Source: Macrostomum lignano
Lineage: Eukaryota
Direction: 5' to 3'
Length of the DNA stretch: 64,000 nt
Assembly: GCA_002269645.1 (NCBI GenBank)
Contig: NIVC01000175.1
Span: forward strand, 124,001-188,000
How positions within the stretch are numbered: position 1 is the stretch's first letter; each line of letters starts with the position of its first letter. Shown piece after piece: positions 12,961 through 31,591 of the stretch. The notes under the pieces were generated by a model, which saw only the letters and a program-made list of their open reading frames with translations, had not been told where the DNA came from and did not search any database. A program made the position numbers and the translations under genes.

Positions 12961-14379
12961 GCACAGAAGCATGCATAACTACAGAAGTCCTTCCGACTGA
13001 TGCTGAAAGCTGACTGCAACGAGCTGAATTGCTGTTGGTCAAAATCGAAGATCGTGTACATACATGTAGTCGAAATATTTCATTTCTTAGAAAACAAACT
13101 GAAGGCTGCAGCTAAGCGTAAAACCTTGGATCTACAAAGTGACGCCTTCCTTAAATTCGCTCTTAAAAATATTAAAATAAAATTAAAGCACAAACACAAA
13201 AGATAACTAGTTAATTGTCTATTCTCATTTTCTCACCTTATTCTTAATAGAAACCCTGATCCGCCACTGTTACGTATATACTCGTAGCAATACGAGTACA
13301 TGTAGCTCAACAAATCCTAAAACAGAAAATTCCAACATGAGTCTGTATTCATAGCAATTTTCGCAAATTTACATATTACATACATGTAATATGGGCAGCT
13401 CAAGTACATTCACAGTTATGATGTAGGCACGTCCCGTGCCTCCCCAGTATTTTTTGCGCATTCCCCCTTATTTCCTCCCCTGTGATACATGTACCCCCGT
13501 GATGACTCAGTGGGATGGATCATTGAGATGAGTAATCACATGACTCATGCTTATCACCCAACCCTAACTAATTTCTTTTGTTCGAAATCATTCCTTTGTG
13601 TGACACGACATTTTTGTGACCACCTATTTTCCCAAGCTTTTTTCAACGTGTTATTTTCATGCAAAATCCCCCTACATGTATAAATCATTTTCTCCGCTGC
13701 CCCACCCCCGATTTCTCGTCCAATCACAGCAGGGTTGCTTGGTAACGGATCGAGGTCAAGAATAGGTCACGGAATTCAATAACACGCATCACTTCAATAT
13801 CACTCTCGCGTGACAGGGCGACAACCTTCCCCAGGGAACTCAGTACGAAGTACTACAAGTTAATCTTCCCCTAGTAGGATCTAGCTAAATTCCCCTAAAC
13901 GCTTTAATTGATTGCTCCCAAATCCTCAGGATCTTCCCCATAGACATCCGTTAACTTTCTTCCCCTTTCCTATCTTTTGCGACCTCCTCTAACGCCTAAC
14001 CCAATCCTGTGTTTGTTAACATATTTTCCTTTTTGGGCTGTCTTTGGGTATTGCAGCCAGGGCTTCATCCCCATTTTTCACGATTTTTTAATGTTCCGCC
14101 TTAATCTATTTTTACCTAAATAATTAGCCAACAAATTGTTAGGGCTAAAGTCAGGGCCAGTAGGTCAGGATATTAGCCATTCAACTCTTGTTTGCTTCAC
14201 CTTTAAATTGTTTGCTTCTGCCTACTATTTTCTTATTTGCCATGAACCGTGGCATTAATTAAGTGTGAGTATAGAGAGTGCGCCTGTCGCAGGGCATGGA
14301 ATGAAAGCTGAGGGTCAGATTTAAAAATCACAGAGTATGAGTCGAATGCGACCAAATTATCATAGAGTAACAGCTCTTC

Positions 14380-17427
<3,048 letters not shown>

Positions 17428-18595
17428 AGTAACAGCTCTTCTAATAAGTTCCCGCGCCGTAGGGTGTGCACCATGAGAGAGCTCTGGGAACCTCTGCACT
17501 CCCCCCATCCCCTGCTACATCGAGCCATTCTGACGCTGACTGGGGAAGCCGCGACTTTTTGAAAAGTGCGCGGCGCCCAAAAAGGTGTGTGTTAGCTGAC
17601 CTCCCCCCTCTGTGCATGGACGTCCATTCGATCCGTGGGCCGCGGCGCGAGGTGTAATAATTGTTGTTGTTTCGTTATTGGAAGTTTCTACCAGATGTAT
17701 TCCTGCACAGGTGTATGTTGGCAGCCACGCGCCTTCTTAAAGGCGATGTGTACCTTTATTAAACCGGGGACCCGCTGTCTAGAATATGTACAAATATGGG
17801 ATCTTTATAATTGGTGCAGCAGGTGTACAAAGTCTCGGGGCGAGGCCTGACGGCTGTACGTACTTTTCAGCACTAGAGCCCACGGGTTTGCACAGTTATT
17901 CTTATGCAGCCCGGTTAACCTCAGTTGTGTACGTTGTCATATGCAGTGTAAAAATTACAGCTACTAATACATCTATAACATATCCATGCAGGTATAGCTG
18001 TGTATATAATAGTGTTTAGCCTGCTGCCAATTCTATACTTTAGATAAGACTGTAAGAATAGGACTACCAATAGGAATATGGTTCTGTATCGAGTACGACT
18101 TTAAATACCGATAGGTTTTCGACGTATGGTTTTCTGGTTTAAGCGTAAAAAAGACTAGCTTGTTAAACCTATAGGATATACAGAAAGTTTTTAAAAAAGT
18201 TTTTAAAAGCTATGGTTGAAACTTTGTATTAAAAGAACGTAAATATTGTTGACGTTATTTTAAACTTTGTTAAAACATAAAGCATAAACTGTTTCATTTT
18301 AAATGCTTACAGTATTACGAGAAAGTTCATTTCGATCATCATCAACAACTGTTTTGTCATAATTTTTTAAGTAATCTATCAATAAATATTCGTTTGCACT
18401 CAGATATTATCGAAGCTAAGCTTACTTTTAGTGAAAAGCACTGCGATAAATCAAATTTTATAATATTATCGTCTTTCAGTGGACAAAATATGCTCTAGAA
18501 ACTATCAATTCTATTAATATTTGACTTGAGTCTAGACTTGGCTAGATTCACACTGTACGAACTGTAATATTTGATTATTAGTTATCTCCTGCTCA

Positions 18596-18890
18596 ATGGA
18601 GTTAACTAAAGAGAAAACAATATCCTTACAGTCCAGCCACGCTGTTCAGTCTGTGACATTCATACCAACTTTGAACTTAATAGCAGCAGCCTACCTGAGA
18701 CAGGACGAGTTGGTTTTTGAATTTTTTGATGCTTCATCTGGTTTGCGACTGATTAATAAGCAGTATCCTAAAGAAAAACTCAAAAAGCCATCTTTATTAC
18801 AAGATGCCAATCAGTCAAATAATAGTCATGCAGTAGACCAGAAGCCAGTTGGTGTTGATGTCAATGAAACTCAATTTAATAAATTGTCAG
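18596..18890 (+). CDS. BIRC6: BIRC6 exon 1
   Basis: ATG 18596; donor GTAAAA at 18891, phase 1, matches the acceptor at 22216. WD-like strands typical of the BIRC6 N-terminus. Confidence 0.75.
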
Positions 18891-21048
18891 GTAAAATTGG
18901 ATGTTCCTTTATCTTGCACAATAAATGAAAATATTATTTATTTAATTATTTTTAATTTGCTAGACTAATTATGGTTTATTAAACTATGAACTTGCTTTGT
19001 TAAAATGCATAATGTTATATTTGCCTAAAATTTCACTAACTTAAAAGTCTTAACTACTAACTAAGGAAAAACTAAAGTATATCTAGAATATAATTGCTAG
19101 TATAATTGCAAATTTAATTTAAATAGCTTCTTGGACTTAAAAACCTAATAGACAATAATATATAATATAATAAATATATTTTTATAATTTATAATTTTTT
19201 TTACTAATATTATTCGGGAATAATAAAGTAATCATAAGTTGAAATGATATTGAGAAAATGAAAATTCTATATGTTTGTTTATATCTCTTTTCACTAAAAA
19301 GTTATCAAACTTTTTTAGGCTCATTTTTGCCTATCTCCTCAATATATTTTTACCTAAGAACTGAAATTCACTTTTTTTATATGAATTCATTTTGTGATTT
19401 TCTTATATATTGTTTTTAAAAAAGTAGCATGCTTGCAATTTTATAGCAGTATCTGCTCTCATTTAACATGTCTTTTTTACTACTCACAAACTACTTATGC
19501 AGAAAAAAAATATAGCTTTGTTTTATATACCATTTCTTTATTGCATTTGATGCATTGATACATAGATAATAATTTGGCAAAGTTAGTAGTCTTCTATTTT
19601 GTATTTGAAGTAGTGATGGACCAAATGTAGATTTTTGCAAGTTTTCAAAACTGAATCTGAATGTAAAAAAAAATTCCAAATCCAAATCCAAATATACAAA
19701 TGTTTTTCCAAATGTAAAAAAATAAAAGGTAAATGGCAGAAGTAACTATTATACCTTTTAGTGACAAAAATGCTTTATTATCTAGTTAGTTATTGTATTA
19801 GTTCTGTACATTAATTTACTGACAAGATTCAATCTGTATCTGGCCTATACTATATCTATCTAGTATCTGAATTGAATTGAACTTAAGTCATATCTAATCT
19901 AACTAATTCCAATTGCTAATACTAACTGACATTATGTTTGTGCAATTTGATAACTTTACTGTGTGCAATGCACATAAAGTCTGTTGCATTTGCATTTTGA
20001 AAAAAAACACAAAATTAATGATTATCCTTCAACAATGATTACCTAAAAGTGTTTCTATGACTTTAGGTTGAATGCCTCAAAGGTCTCGAAATTAAGTAAC
20101 TTTACTTAATAACACTTTAAAAACAAATTATTGCAAAGACAGACAATTGTAAAAATGAACAATATGACTAATAAGACACTGTAACTTATCTCTACATATA
20201 AAAATCAAAACTCTGTCTGTGTATCTGTGTGTGTGTGTCTGTCTGTGGACAATTTTGATCGCTATGGACTCCCAAACCGCTCAACCAAATTACACCAAAC
20301 TTTACACCCACCCTAAACTTACTACGGAGAATGTCTTAGGCTACCTTTAAATTTCCTAGACTCAAGTCTTCTTACCTAAAAGTACAAAAAACTGCTCAAA
20401 ATACGCGATTTTTTCACTAAATCCTCCATAGCGCCGCTCCACTTTTACCAATTCTCTTCAAATTTGACACAGACAATCTTCAACTATTTTGGCACAATTA
20501 TGTAAAATTTCGAGTCTCAAAGTTAATCCTGAGCGGTGCTGTGCACTTTTAAAATTAGGTTGTTTTTTTCAGCGTAGCAACCACCCCAACCTCCGCCCAC
20601 CTCTCTTTCCCGATCTGGGCCCAGATGTGTAAAAGGGTTTCGAAATTGACTAACTTTCAGCTGCCATAAGTTTGCTCCACGTAAATCGATTGACTTCAAA
20701 CTTGACACAATTCTTCATTGACTCATTCTCTATCTAAATGTAAAGTTTCAACTCTGTAACTCAACCGAAAAAGAAACTGTAAGCGTGTGAAGTTTGTCTG
20801 CTTTTTCTGTTGTTTGTGCCACTCACTCACTCACTCATTCTCCCAGACTGCCCAGAGCCAGAGAAAGGAAAGTGAGGAGTCAAAAGAGGGGAAAGAAAAG
20901 AGTACAGAGGAGAGAGGTGAGAGAACATATAAGACAGAGATGCCAGATTAAAGAGGGGGATGGGAGAGCAGAGAGGAGAGACAAAGGGAGAGAAGTGAGT
21001 GAGGAGAGAGGAGAGGAAAGAGGAGAATGGAGAGGGGATGGAGGAGAG

Positions 21049-21131
<83 letters not shown>

Positions 21132-24100
21132 GGGGGGAGCAGAGAGAAATGAGAAGAGATAAGAGAGAAAAGAAAAAGAAGAGAAAGGAAAGATGAGAGA
21201 GCAAAGACGAGAGAGAAAAGAGGTGAGGGAAGAGACGAGAGAAGAGGGGGGGAGAGAGGAGAGGAGAGAGAAAACGAAAAAGTAGAGAGGAGAGAGAAAA
21301 GAAGAGACAAGAGATGATATAAGAGAGATGAAAGGGAAGAGAGACGAGGGAATATACGAGAGAAAATGGGAGAGAGGAGAGAGGAGAGGAGAGAGAAAAC
21401 GAAAAAGTAGAGAGGAGAGAGAAAAGAAGAGACAAGAGATGAGATGAGATAAGAGAGATGAAAGAGAAGAGAGATGAGGGAAGATACGAGAGAAGAGGGG
21501 AGAGAGGAGAGAGAAGAGAGGAAAGACGAGGGACGAGAGAGAAGAGAGGAAACAGAAGAGACAATAGAAATTTTAAAGGATCCAAGGGATGTAGGGAGAG
21601 TCAGGGAGAGGCCAGAGTTTGCCAATACATGTTTTAGAGTCAGACAGACATTGCCCGACATTCTGCACAGCACGTACCCCAGCCAACAATATCAAATGTT
21701 TGCCTCAAATTCTAATTTTACACGAATGTACTCCATTTTATGTTTACTCTATCCTACTAACTATTAACAAGTTTTTGTTTGAGTATGGCCTCAGATCTCA
21801 GAGCACATGCACAAATATTTCCTGGAATCAGAATTCCCCGGGTTAAAAATCCACGGGTTTCAACAGCTTGTATTCCATATAAAAAGTACTTTCCAATGCC
21901 AAAAATATTTACAATAAAGCTTCTAAAATTGCTGAATGAAAAAAAACTTTTTGAACCACCTTTGTATTTTATATGCTCCGACTTGTCTCTTAGAAATTAA
22001 ACTAGTATACCATAAGGTACTTCTTATTTCCCTATTTTTTCATTTTAAAATGTCACTATTTCAACATATTATATCTGTAATTTATATAATTTAGACAAAT
22101 TTAATATTTTTATTTGTTTAAAAAGTTATTTATATCAATGCAAAATAGTCACTTGCCTTCAATGTTATTTAATTATTTTAATCTGTCATAAATACTTTTA
22201 TATTTCAATTTCTTAGGTGCTTCATCAACTGTGGTGACAGACTTCTTTCATGGTACTGGCCAATTTGTTCTATCTTGGGGCAACCGCTTCTCTATTCGGC
22301 GCGATTTGAATGGCACATTACTATTAGACAGTTTGCTAGACTGTCAGTGCTCTGATAAAGATGAGATTGTTAATTTGGATCTAACTGTGACTGATGTAAG
22401 TTTATATTGTCTGTCATTAATTTGTAGTGTTGCCTTATGGAATTGATTTTAGCTCACAGGCTAGTAGGGTAAAATATACATTAGAGTAGGGTAGCAGTGA
22501 CTCCTGAGGTACAGGTAAATACCCAGTGACCCCTGAATTACAGTTGAGAACCCAGTGACCCCTTTAGTATAGATAAACACCCAGTGACCCCTGAGGTACA
22601 TTAGAATACCCAGTGTCCACTGAAGTATAGATAAACACCCAGTGACCCCTGAGGTACATTAGAATACCCAGTGTCCACTGAAGTATAGATAAACACCCAG
22701 TGACCCTAAGGTACATGTAAATACCCAGTAACCACTGAAGTACAGGTGAATACCTCTGTGACTCCTGAAGTACAGGGGAATACCTGTCGGTCATGTTAAT
22801 AGTCGTTTAAGTAAGCGATATCTCATTAAAACAAGAATAATTTAACAAAATCCACAGGCCACTCATCTGCACGCTTTGCTAAACGAATTCTGCGACCTAG
22901 ACAGCGGCGACCAAACCGATCAAATCGCGGCAGATGAACTTCGTGACGCCTACAATCAGCTGGGCGATGGTCTTAGCCGTGTTGGTCAGCGAAGCGGTGA
23001 CAAACACGCCAGATTAGTGCTATCCGGTCAGCTAGATGGCCTCCTACAGCGGCTCTCCACTCTGCAAGATTATCTAGTTCAGAGTCAGTTATTAAATAAC
23101 CCGGGAGTACCGGTGTTAGCTTCGCTAATTGATCGTCTAGTACAACTGCGCCCAGATCCGCCAATTAATCCATTGGAATTAGCTAGAACCGCTGATAAAA
23201 GCGTGTTCAATTCTGAAGCTAACAGACGCGAGACATTTGCCACTTGGCCGCATATGCACTATAAATGGGCCCTGCCAGAAGCCATGGCAGCTGCAGGGTT
23301 CTATCATTCACCGCCAGACTCTGATCGGGCTCTGTGCTTTGCTTGCATAGTGTGTCTGGTATCCTGGGAGCCAACAGATGAGCCCTGGTCTGAGCACGAG
23401 CGTCATTCGCCCAACTGCGTATTCGTTAAAAACGAGTTCACTAACAATGTACCATTGATTGCTACTCAAGCTACGGAGCCGGCTAGGATTACTCAACGCC
23501 CAGTTGACATTATTGGCGTTAGTAATTCACCAATGATTTTGCCTACGTCAAGCTTAGATGGCGATTTATCCCTATGGGATTTGAGTCTGCGTTATCGAGT
23601 ACGCGCTGAGACTAGCATTAAACGGGAGAATGATCTGTTTACTAGTTCGAGCGAATCTAATCGCAGTGTTAAAGTTAATGCCCTGTTGCTATGCGACGCT
23701 AATGTGGACAGATTAGCTGTGCTAGTGGCTTGCCAGTTAGCCAATCAACCCGATGCTAACTGGGAACCGGCTCTGCTCGTTTATCGAATCGATCGAAGCG
23801 AAGTTTCTTATCTGGACAGTTCCAGTCATCGTCGCAGTAGACGATTGCGTCTGTTAGATCGCGCATCGTTGACTGCTCCATACGTGTCGCTTCAGGCTCC
23901 CAGGCCTGCGAATCATCCCGCTGCTGTAGCCGCTGCTACTACCGCCACTTCGGCTACTACAGTTGTAGCCGCGTCTATGGATGGATACATTGTCATCTAT
24001 CACAGCTTGCTACAGCTGTTGCTATTGGATAATCCGTTGGAGTCCGGCTTTCGTATTAGTCACATGGTTAGAACTAGGATACCGTTATTACCGTTGAGTA

Positions 24101-27100
24101 CTAATCCTACTATTGATGAAGCTGCTATTGCTGATTGTGCGCTGCTCAAGCCGCGACAGTTGCTGCTGTTAGCGCCGGATCCGATGGACGATAGTGCGCC
24201 TGCGGTGTCCGTGGCTGTTGTGGAACCGGTAAGTGACTTACAGAGTCCTTAAGACGAGCCCCCAAGGATGGGCGGTCCAAGAGTCGGGTGGGCCATAAGG
24301 ATTGTAAATCCTTGAGACTGGGAATTGCAGTAACTAGGAAATCCATGAGTCAGGAGAATCCCAGAAACGTGGAACTCCCTAGGCATGGGTAATATCTTAG
24401 GCGGAGAAATCACTAAGACAGGGAAATTTCAAAGATGGGTTATCTCAGACTTTATGAAATCCCATAAATTTGAATCCCATAGATGTAATCCTGGAGACGG
24501 GGAAATCCCAGAGATGGATACTCCCTGAGATCGAGGAGTTAAGGAAATCCATAAGACGAATCCCGGAGACAAGGAATTCCATAAGCCAGGGGAATCCCAG
24601 AGACAAGGAAACCCATGAGTCAGGGGAATCCAAGAGACAAGGAAATCCATGAGATTGGGGAAACCCGGGGACAAGGAAATCCATGAGATTGGGGACTCCT
24701 AGAGACAAGGAAATCCATGAGATTGGGGACTAAAAGAGACAAGGAAATCCATGAGATTGGGGACTAAAAGAGACAAGGAAATCCATGAGATTGGGGACTC
24801 CTAGAGACAAGGAAATCCATGAGATTGGGGACTCCTAGAGACAAGGAAATCCATGAGATTGGGGACTCCTAGAGACAAGGAAATCCATGAGATTGGGGAC
24901 TCCTAGAGACAAGGAAATCCATGAGATTGGGGACTCCTAGAGACAAGGAAATCCATGAGATTGGGGACTCCTAGAGACAAGGAAATCCATGAGATTGGGG
25001 ACTCCTAGAGACAAGGAAATCCATGAGATTGGGGACTTCTAGAGACAAGGAAATCCATGAGATTGGGGACTTCTAGAGACAAGGAAATATATAATACAAG
25101 GAATCACAGGTGCCTACAGAATCATCGACAGTTAAATTCCAAAGAATGTGTTTTAATTAAGCACCCTATACCTTCAGTGTGTGTAATAAATCGCTTTAAT
25201 TTTATTATAGGTTGCCAAGCGAACCAGATGCGACTTGGGCGACGCCTCCGTAGCAGCGGAGTTGGGCTGCGCAGCCGTGCTCACCTGCGATTCGACTATT
25301 CTAGTTGTAGACCTGGACAGAGAACTGGTCACCTATCGGGTGGCACCGCCGCCTCATCCGGCGTCTCCTAGCGGCGATGTTAACGCTGTTAGCCAATCAG
25401 AATCGTTGGAATCTTCGGCAGTTTCCACCACTGGCTCCTACTACACTCGCATCGAGTATTGCTGCGGCTTAGACAAATTAGTAGCCGCTAGAGATAGAGA
25501 GTTGCACATATTCAATGTGTCTAGGCCGGATCCAGAGTGTTTAGAGACGATGCGACCAGCTGGTTCTGTGTCAGCTGATGCTGCTCTTTCGACATCAGCT
25601 ACGCAAGGCATGGTTGCATCCGAGGAGCTCGAACTTGACGGTTCGTCAAGACCCGGCGCAAATGTTGACTCGTCATCATCCGTAGCAGCTGGTGCTGGAG
25701 GCGTTCCAAGTTCCTTGTTGGGATCTGGAGCAGCTGGTGAAGCTGCAGCCACAGTTGGCGGCGGTTCCGCTTCCTCATCATCATCGCTATTCCGTCAGCC
25801 GTTGATTGACAGCTATGCAAAACTATTGGAATTAACTCAGTACGAATATATGACGCCAAGATTTATGGCCACAGTTGGTCCGTGCTGGACTGAATTGCAG
25901 CCTGAGCAGCAGCAGCGCTTGCATCCGATGTACCAGTTGGGTACAGGCTCAGTTGGAGTTGGCGGTATCAGCGGCATAGGAGCCGACTGTTCTCGATCGT
26001 TTAAATTAACACCAGACTCTGCTAGCTGGTCCGAGCATCTGATTGATATTGTACTACTGAAATCAGTATGCGTTGGACATATCGATTTGAAATTAACGAT
26101 AGATTATTTCCAACAACCTCCGCCGAATATTGCTGTCACACTGTTGACTTTGAACGTGTCGGGATCCAGCGTTGGTAGCAAAGACCCCGATAGCATATCG
26201 TTGCCTTACATTGATGACGATTCCAGTTTGCCATTGTCTTCTGATCAATTAAAAGCATTGAATGCCGAAGTGATTGCTGGGCCGTATAATCTAGCCGAGT
26301 ACTTGGACGGATCCGGTCGGGTTGCTTACATCACCATGACTAGCCTGGAGCTGATCCGTTGTCGAACTAGAAACTTTGCTATTCACATCAAGTATTGCTG
26401 CAGTCCGCAACAGCAGCAGCAAGCTGAGCAGCAGCAGCAACAGCAGCAACAGGCGCCTGGCAACAAGCCGAGCGCATCTACTATTCGCCAAGGCTGCGAT
26501 TGTATTCGCGAGATGACAATCTGCGTTAGAAAATTCAAACGGACATCGTTGCCGAAAGAACGCCAACAGAGGCTAGCTTTGCTGACCGATTCAGAGTTGC
26601 ATAGAGCTGCAGTTCAACTGCTAGCCGATGGTAGTTTAACGCCTGGCCGCGAGCCAGTGCCCAGCCTATTGGCTCTGCTGAATTGGATTCTATCCATTCT
26701 TTATCACTGTCCGGGTAGCGATACTCGGCTACCGGAGCTAATTGGTGAACAAGCCGACAATCTGGTCTGGCGTCTGCTGTTGCAGAATCAGCGTACGGTT
26801 GCTAATCTAGCATTGAGGTTGTTCAACAGCGCCGTGGCTCTTCGAAGATCTGCTTGCGCTCCCGGCCTTGCTAGGGCCGTGTCGCGTCATGTGACCCGGC
26901 TAGCGGAAGTTCGCAGCCCTGCCGGTCTGGCCAACTTCTTCGCCTTGGCCAATTCGTTGCATCTGGCCGGTTATACTTGCGATAGACTGGAGGAGCGCCT
27001 AGCTAAACTGTTAGTAGAACTGTCGGTTAGTCTGCGCGATAGAAGCGGCGAGTTCTATCCGTCTGTACTGCGCTCTCAAGCCTGCCTGTATCATAATCCA

Positions 27101-30100
27101 TTAGAGCCGGAACTATTCGATTTAGATCCTGTGGTTGCTTATCGTCTGAGAGCGTCGCTTAGAGCTGGTCCGGTTGGTAATAGCGGCAGTGCAGCTGCTG
27201 CCGCCGCTGCTGCAGCTGCGGGTAGCAACACCGAAGCTTCAGGCGGCGGTGCCGGCATGCCGGGCGCCTTTGCCGGAGTCGGCAGCGCCGGTGCCGGTAT
27301 GTTTAATCCTTACGCTGGGTCTGCTGCCAGCGGCGGAGGCGCTATGGCATCGATGGGGCCGATGACTGCGGCTTCGACAGCGCCGCCGGGAGCTGCAGGT
27401 TATAGTCCGCCGCCTTATGGTTGGGCTGGTTGGGCAATTGTGCCTCTGGGTTTTAGCAGCGGCGGTGGCGCCGGCCTTGGCCTTGGCAGTAGTGCAGCGG
27501 GATCAGCTGGGGCTGGTGCTAATATCGCTTCGCTGTCGCAGTCTGTGCCGATGTTAGTACCAAAAGTTGCTCTGCCTGGCGAGTGGGCCTCGGCTGCGGC
27601 TAGTGGTGAGACTGAACTACTGTCTTTGCTTGATTGTGAAATTATAGTCTAAAAACTACTACTTTTAACCTACTATCTGCAATTGTAAATTCACTTTTAA
27701 AGTATACTCTAACCTACGCTAACCTACCCACATAACTTTAGAATCTACCATAGCCTACTTTAAGAATATACGTGGCCTATCTTTACTATCTAACCTAACC
27801 TACCTTAAGAATCTACCCTAACCTAGTCTCAGAATCTACCATAACCTACTTTTAGAATATACGTCGCCTACCTTTAGTATCAACCCTAATCTACTTTAAG
27901 AATCTACCCTAACCTACCTTTAGAATCTACCCTAACCTACCTTTGTAATCTACCCTAACCTAACCTCGGAATCTACCCTAACCTACTCTTAGAATCTACC
28001 CTAACCTAGTCTCATAATCTACCCCAATCTAACCTAACCTCAAAATCTATCCTTACCTACTCTCAGAATCTACCCTAACCTACTCTCAGAATCTACCCTA
28101 ATCTAACCTTAGAATTTACCCTTAACCTACTCTCAAAATCTACCTTAACCTACTCTCAGAATCTACCCTAATCTAACCTCAGAATCTACCCTTAACCTAC
28201 TCTCAAAATCTACCTTAACCTACTCTCAGAATCTACCCTAATCTAACCTCAGAATCTACCCTTAACCTACTCTCAGAATCTACCCTAACCTATTCTCAGA
28301 ATCTACCATAAGCTACCCTCAGAATCTACCATAAGCTACCCTCAGAATCTACCATAAGCTACCCTCAGAATCTACCATAAGCTACCCTCAGAATCTACCA
28401 TAAGCTACCCTCAGAATCTACCATAAGCTACCCTCAGAATCTACCATAAGCTACCCTCAGAATCTACCATAAGCTACCCTCAGAATCTACCATAAGCTAC
28501 CCTCAGAATCTACCCTCAGAATTTACCCTAACCTACCTCAACTGTGCTAAGAATCTCAGTAACTGACTCTACTGAGATTTAAATCCTAATTTGCTAATTA
28601 CTCCAGGTAACTGCACTTCAACTTTAATGGCAGCCGCAGCGGCAGCAGCGGCCGCAGCGGCCACATCCGGCGGCCAAGGGGGCGGCTCCGGCCGTCCAGG
28701 CTCCGATGACGATCGCGTGTCGGACGTCCTCCGCCTGTTGCCGCCTCCGGTGACGTCGACAAGCGAGATTCAAGCTTGGCAAACTCGAGGCCTAATCGAA
28801 GTTGAACCGCTACATTTCACCTGTTGCTTAGCAACTGGCGGAACTCGAATCGAATACTTGGACACTTGCCAGGCCTATCCGATGGCTTCGGCTGGTTCAG
28901 CTTCGGCTTCAGCTGCCATGGCATCCGCTGCGGCTGCTTCTGCAAGCGGTCAGACTGCTGCTGGTGTAACCGCAGCCTCCTCAGCAGGTGCTGCCATGCC
29001 CTCATCAGCCGCGGCAGCTGCAGCCTCAGAGAAGAAGTCTCTAGAAGCCAAACTGATGGACCCGACTCCGCCAACGCCGAAAACTACGCCAGCTACTACT
29101 ACTCATACTACTCCGCTATTTGCTACTCCATCGGTTAGTCCGCCTCCGCCAGATGAACTGGACGAAGAAGCTGGCGCCGCCGCTGCTGCTAGCGGTAAAG
29201 CTCCATCGGGCGGTGACATCGCCGAAGCTACCGCGGCAGCAGCCGCCGCCGCAGCTGCGGCCGCTTCGGCAGCTGCTCGACTATCAAGTCACTCGACCGC
29301 CGCCAGTCACCTGTTGAATCCGCCGCAGCCGCTGGCTCTAGTTGTCGATCGCATGCACCCTGGGGCGCGTAGATTTGTTATACTGGACTTCGGACACTCC
29401 GTACTGCTCACCGATGTGTTAATACCCGCCTGCAGCGATCTCGGCTCCATCTCGGTGACCGTGTGGAATCGGTCAGAAGAGATTGACTCACTGAGATTAG
29501 CCGTCTCAACTGATATCGGATCGCATCCTCTGGTACTCACCGATTTGTACCCGCCGCCTCTGTGCAGATTCTTAAAGGTGGCCATCATTGGCAAGATGGC
29601 TGGCAGTACACCGAACCGTACTCGAATCCCGCTAGGCGCATTCTTCGGTCACAGCTGTCTGGATGCCACGTTGGAATCTGCGCAACAATTGAAAGCTGTC
29701 GCCGAAGAGAATCTTTGTCGTTACGGCATGGCCTGCGCTCAGTTGCAGAGACAGCTGGACTCACTGGCTAATACGCCTGCGGCTGGTGTTGGCGGCGATT
29801 CCTCTGGTGCCGCTGCCGCGATGCCATCCTCGTCTGGTGCTGCCTCAGCGTCGGGCCCGTCAGCGCTTTATCACCAGCTGCCGTCGTTGTTTGGCGGCCC
29901 AGCGACGGCTGCTTCGCCGTCCTTGGCTGACCCAATGCTTGCTGGCCGCCTGCGGCAGGCCTATGACAACTGCTGCGTGCTGCAGCGGCAGGTGAGCTGG
30001 AGAGACATTAAAACAGACACTAGGACAGATAATACAACAGACACTGGGACAGACACTATAATAGAAATTGAGACAGACAATAGGACAGACACTAGGACAG

Positions 30101-31383
30101 ACAATAGGACAGACACTAGGACAGACAATAGGACAGACACTAGGACAGACAATAGGACAGACACTAGGACAGACAATAGGACAGACACTAGGACAGACAA
30201 TAGGACAGACACTAGGACAGACAATAGGACAGACACTAGGACAGACAATAGGACAGACACTAGGACAGACAATAGGACAGACACTAGGACAGACAATAGG
30301 ACAGACACTAGGACAGACAATAGGACAGACACTAGGACAGACAATAGGACAGACACTAGGACAGACACTAGGACAGACAATAGGACAGACAATAGGACAG
30401 ACACTAGGACAGACAATAGGACAGACAATAGGACAGACACTGGGACAGACAATACGACAGACACTAAGACATCCTGAGAGAGGCAGAGAAGCGCTAATAA
30501 AAGGCACTATAATCTAAGACAGACCAGACTCTAAGCCATTGAGATGGAAGCTATGAAAATTAAACAGGAAAATCTAACCATCCATTTTTTAACATTGAAT
30601 TCAACAGGTAAACATAGCTCAACAAGCCCTGGCTAGAGTGCTACTGCTGCAACAGCAGCCACAACAGCAACAGCAGCAGCAGCAAGCAGCTCAAATTGGA
30701 TCAGACAAAGCCAAATCTATCATGGAAGAAGCGCTGCGCCTTCTGCTCAGTCTGACTAGCAGTAGCGACCTAGGCTGGTCAGCCTACGACGCTTTCGTAG
30801 CCACCCTGACCGATTCTGAGACTCGACAACTGTTTACAGATTTGATAGTGTGCGGCAGTAAGTCTATGCAGCTGATGGCGTGTGGCCTGTTAAGTCAGCT
30901 GACACCGCATCTACGCTCGCCAGAGAATTGGTGGTCTGATTGGTTGAGCAGTTTGTTGAATCATCTGCTAACTCAAAATCGAAGCGGTGCAGCGGTTGAT
31001 AAAGAGTTAGCCAAGTCGTCTCAGGAGCAACAGCAGCCACAATTGGTTCCTTGCGATCGATTGTTTCTATTGTTGTCAACTCTGTTACAGAAGATGTCGC
31101 CAAATTCTGTCGTGCTGGACAGCCTGCTGGCTCTGTTGGCTAGACAAATTAACGAGGAAACTCTGTTGAGACAGGTGGGGTACACTACTGTTAGTACTAA
31201 TATTGGATCTAACTATATTAGGATTCGCAGTTGCACTCGTAGTAGTAGAAATAATGAAACTAGTCATGGTAGCATAATTTAAGAATTTTTAGCTATGTTT
31301 AGAGCAGTACTCGTAGTAGCAGTATCAGTAGTAGTAGTAGTAGTATTAGTAGTAGCAGCAGTAGTATCAGTGGTAGTAGCAGC

Positions 31384-31414
<31 letters not shown>

Positions 31415-31560
31415 TTAGTAGCAGTAGTAGTAGTGGTAGTAGTTGCAGTAGTAGTAGCAGTAGTAGTAGTGGTAGTAGTAGCAGTAGTAGTAGTAGCAGT
31501 ATCAGTAGTAGTAGTAGTAGTATTAGTAGTAGCAGCAGTAGTATCAGTGGTAGTAGCAGC

Positions 31561-31591
<31 letters not shown>

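Noticed and set aside
12380-13000. ORFs encoding GGTSY/APATEG repeats
   Set aside because: Open in several frames and both strands only because the 18-nt unit lacks stops.
20794-21673. Leu/Ser-rich or Arg/Glu-rich ORFs
   Set aside because: Translations of the GA-rich tract.
27690-28300. Interstitial telomere (CCCTAA within units)
   Set aside because: CCCTAA occurs singly inside 23-nt units, not as tandem hexamers.
29860-30517. TDNR/VCPS repeat ORFs and the repeat tail of ORF 28591-30477
   Set aside because: Read-through into intron 5; a phase-matched donor at 29992 restores BIRC6 homology.
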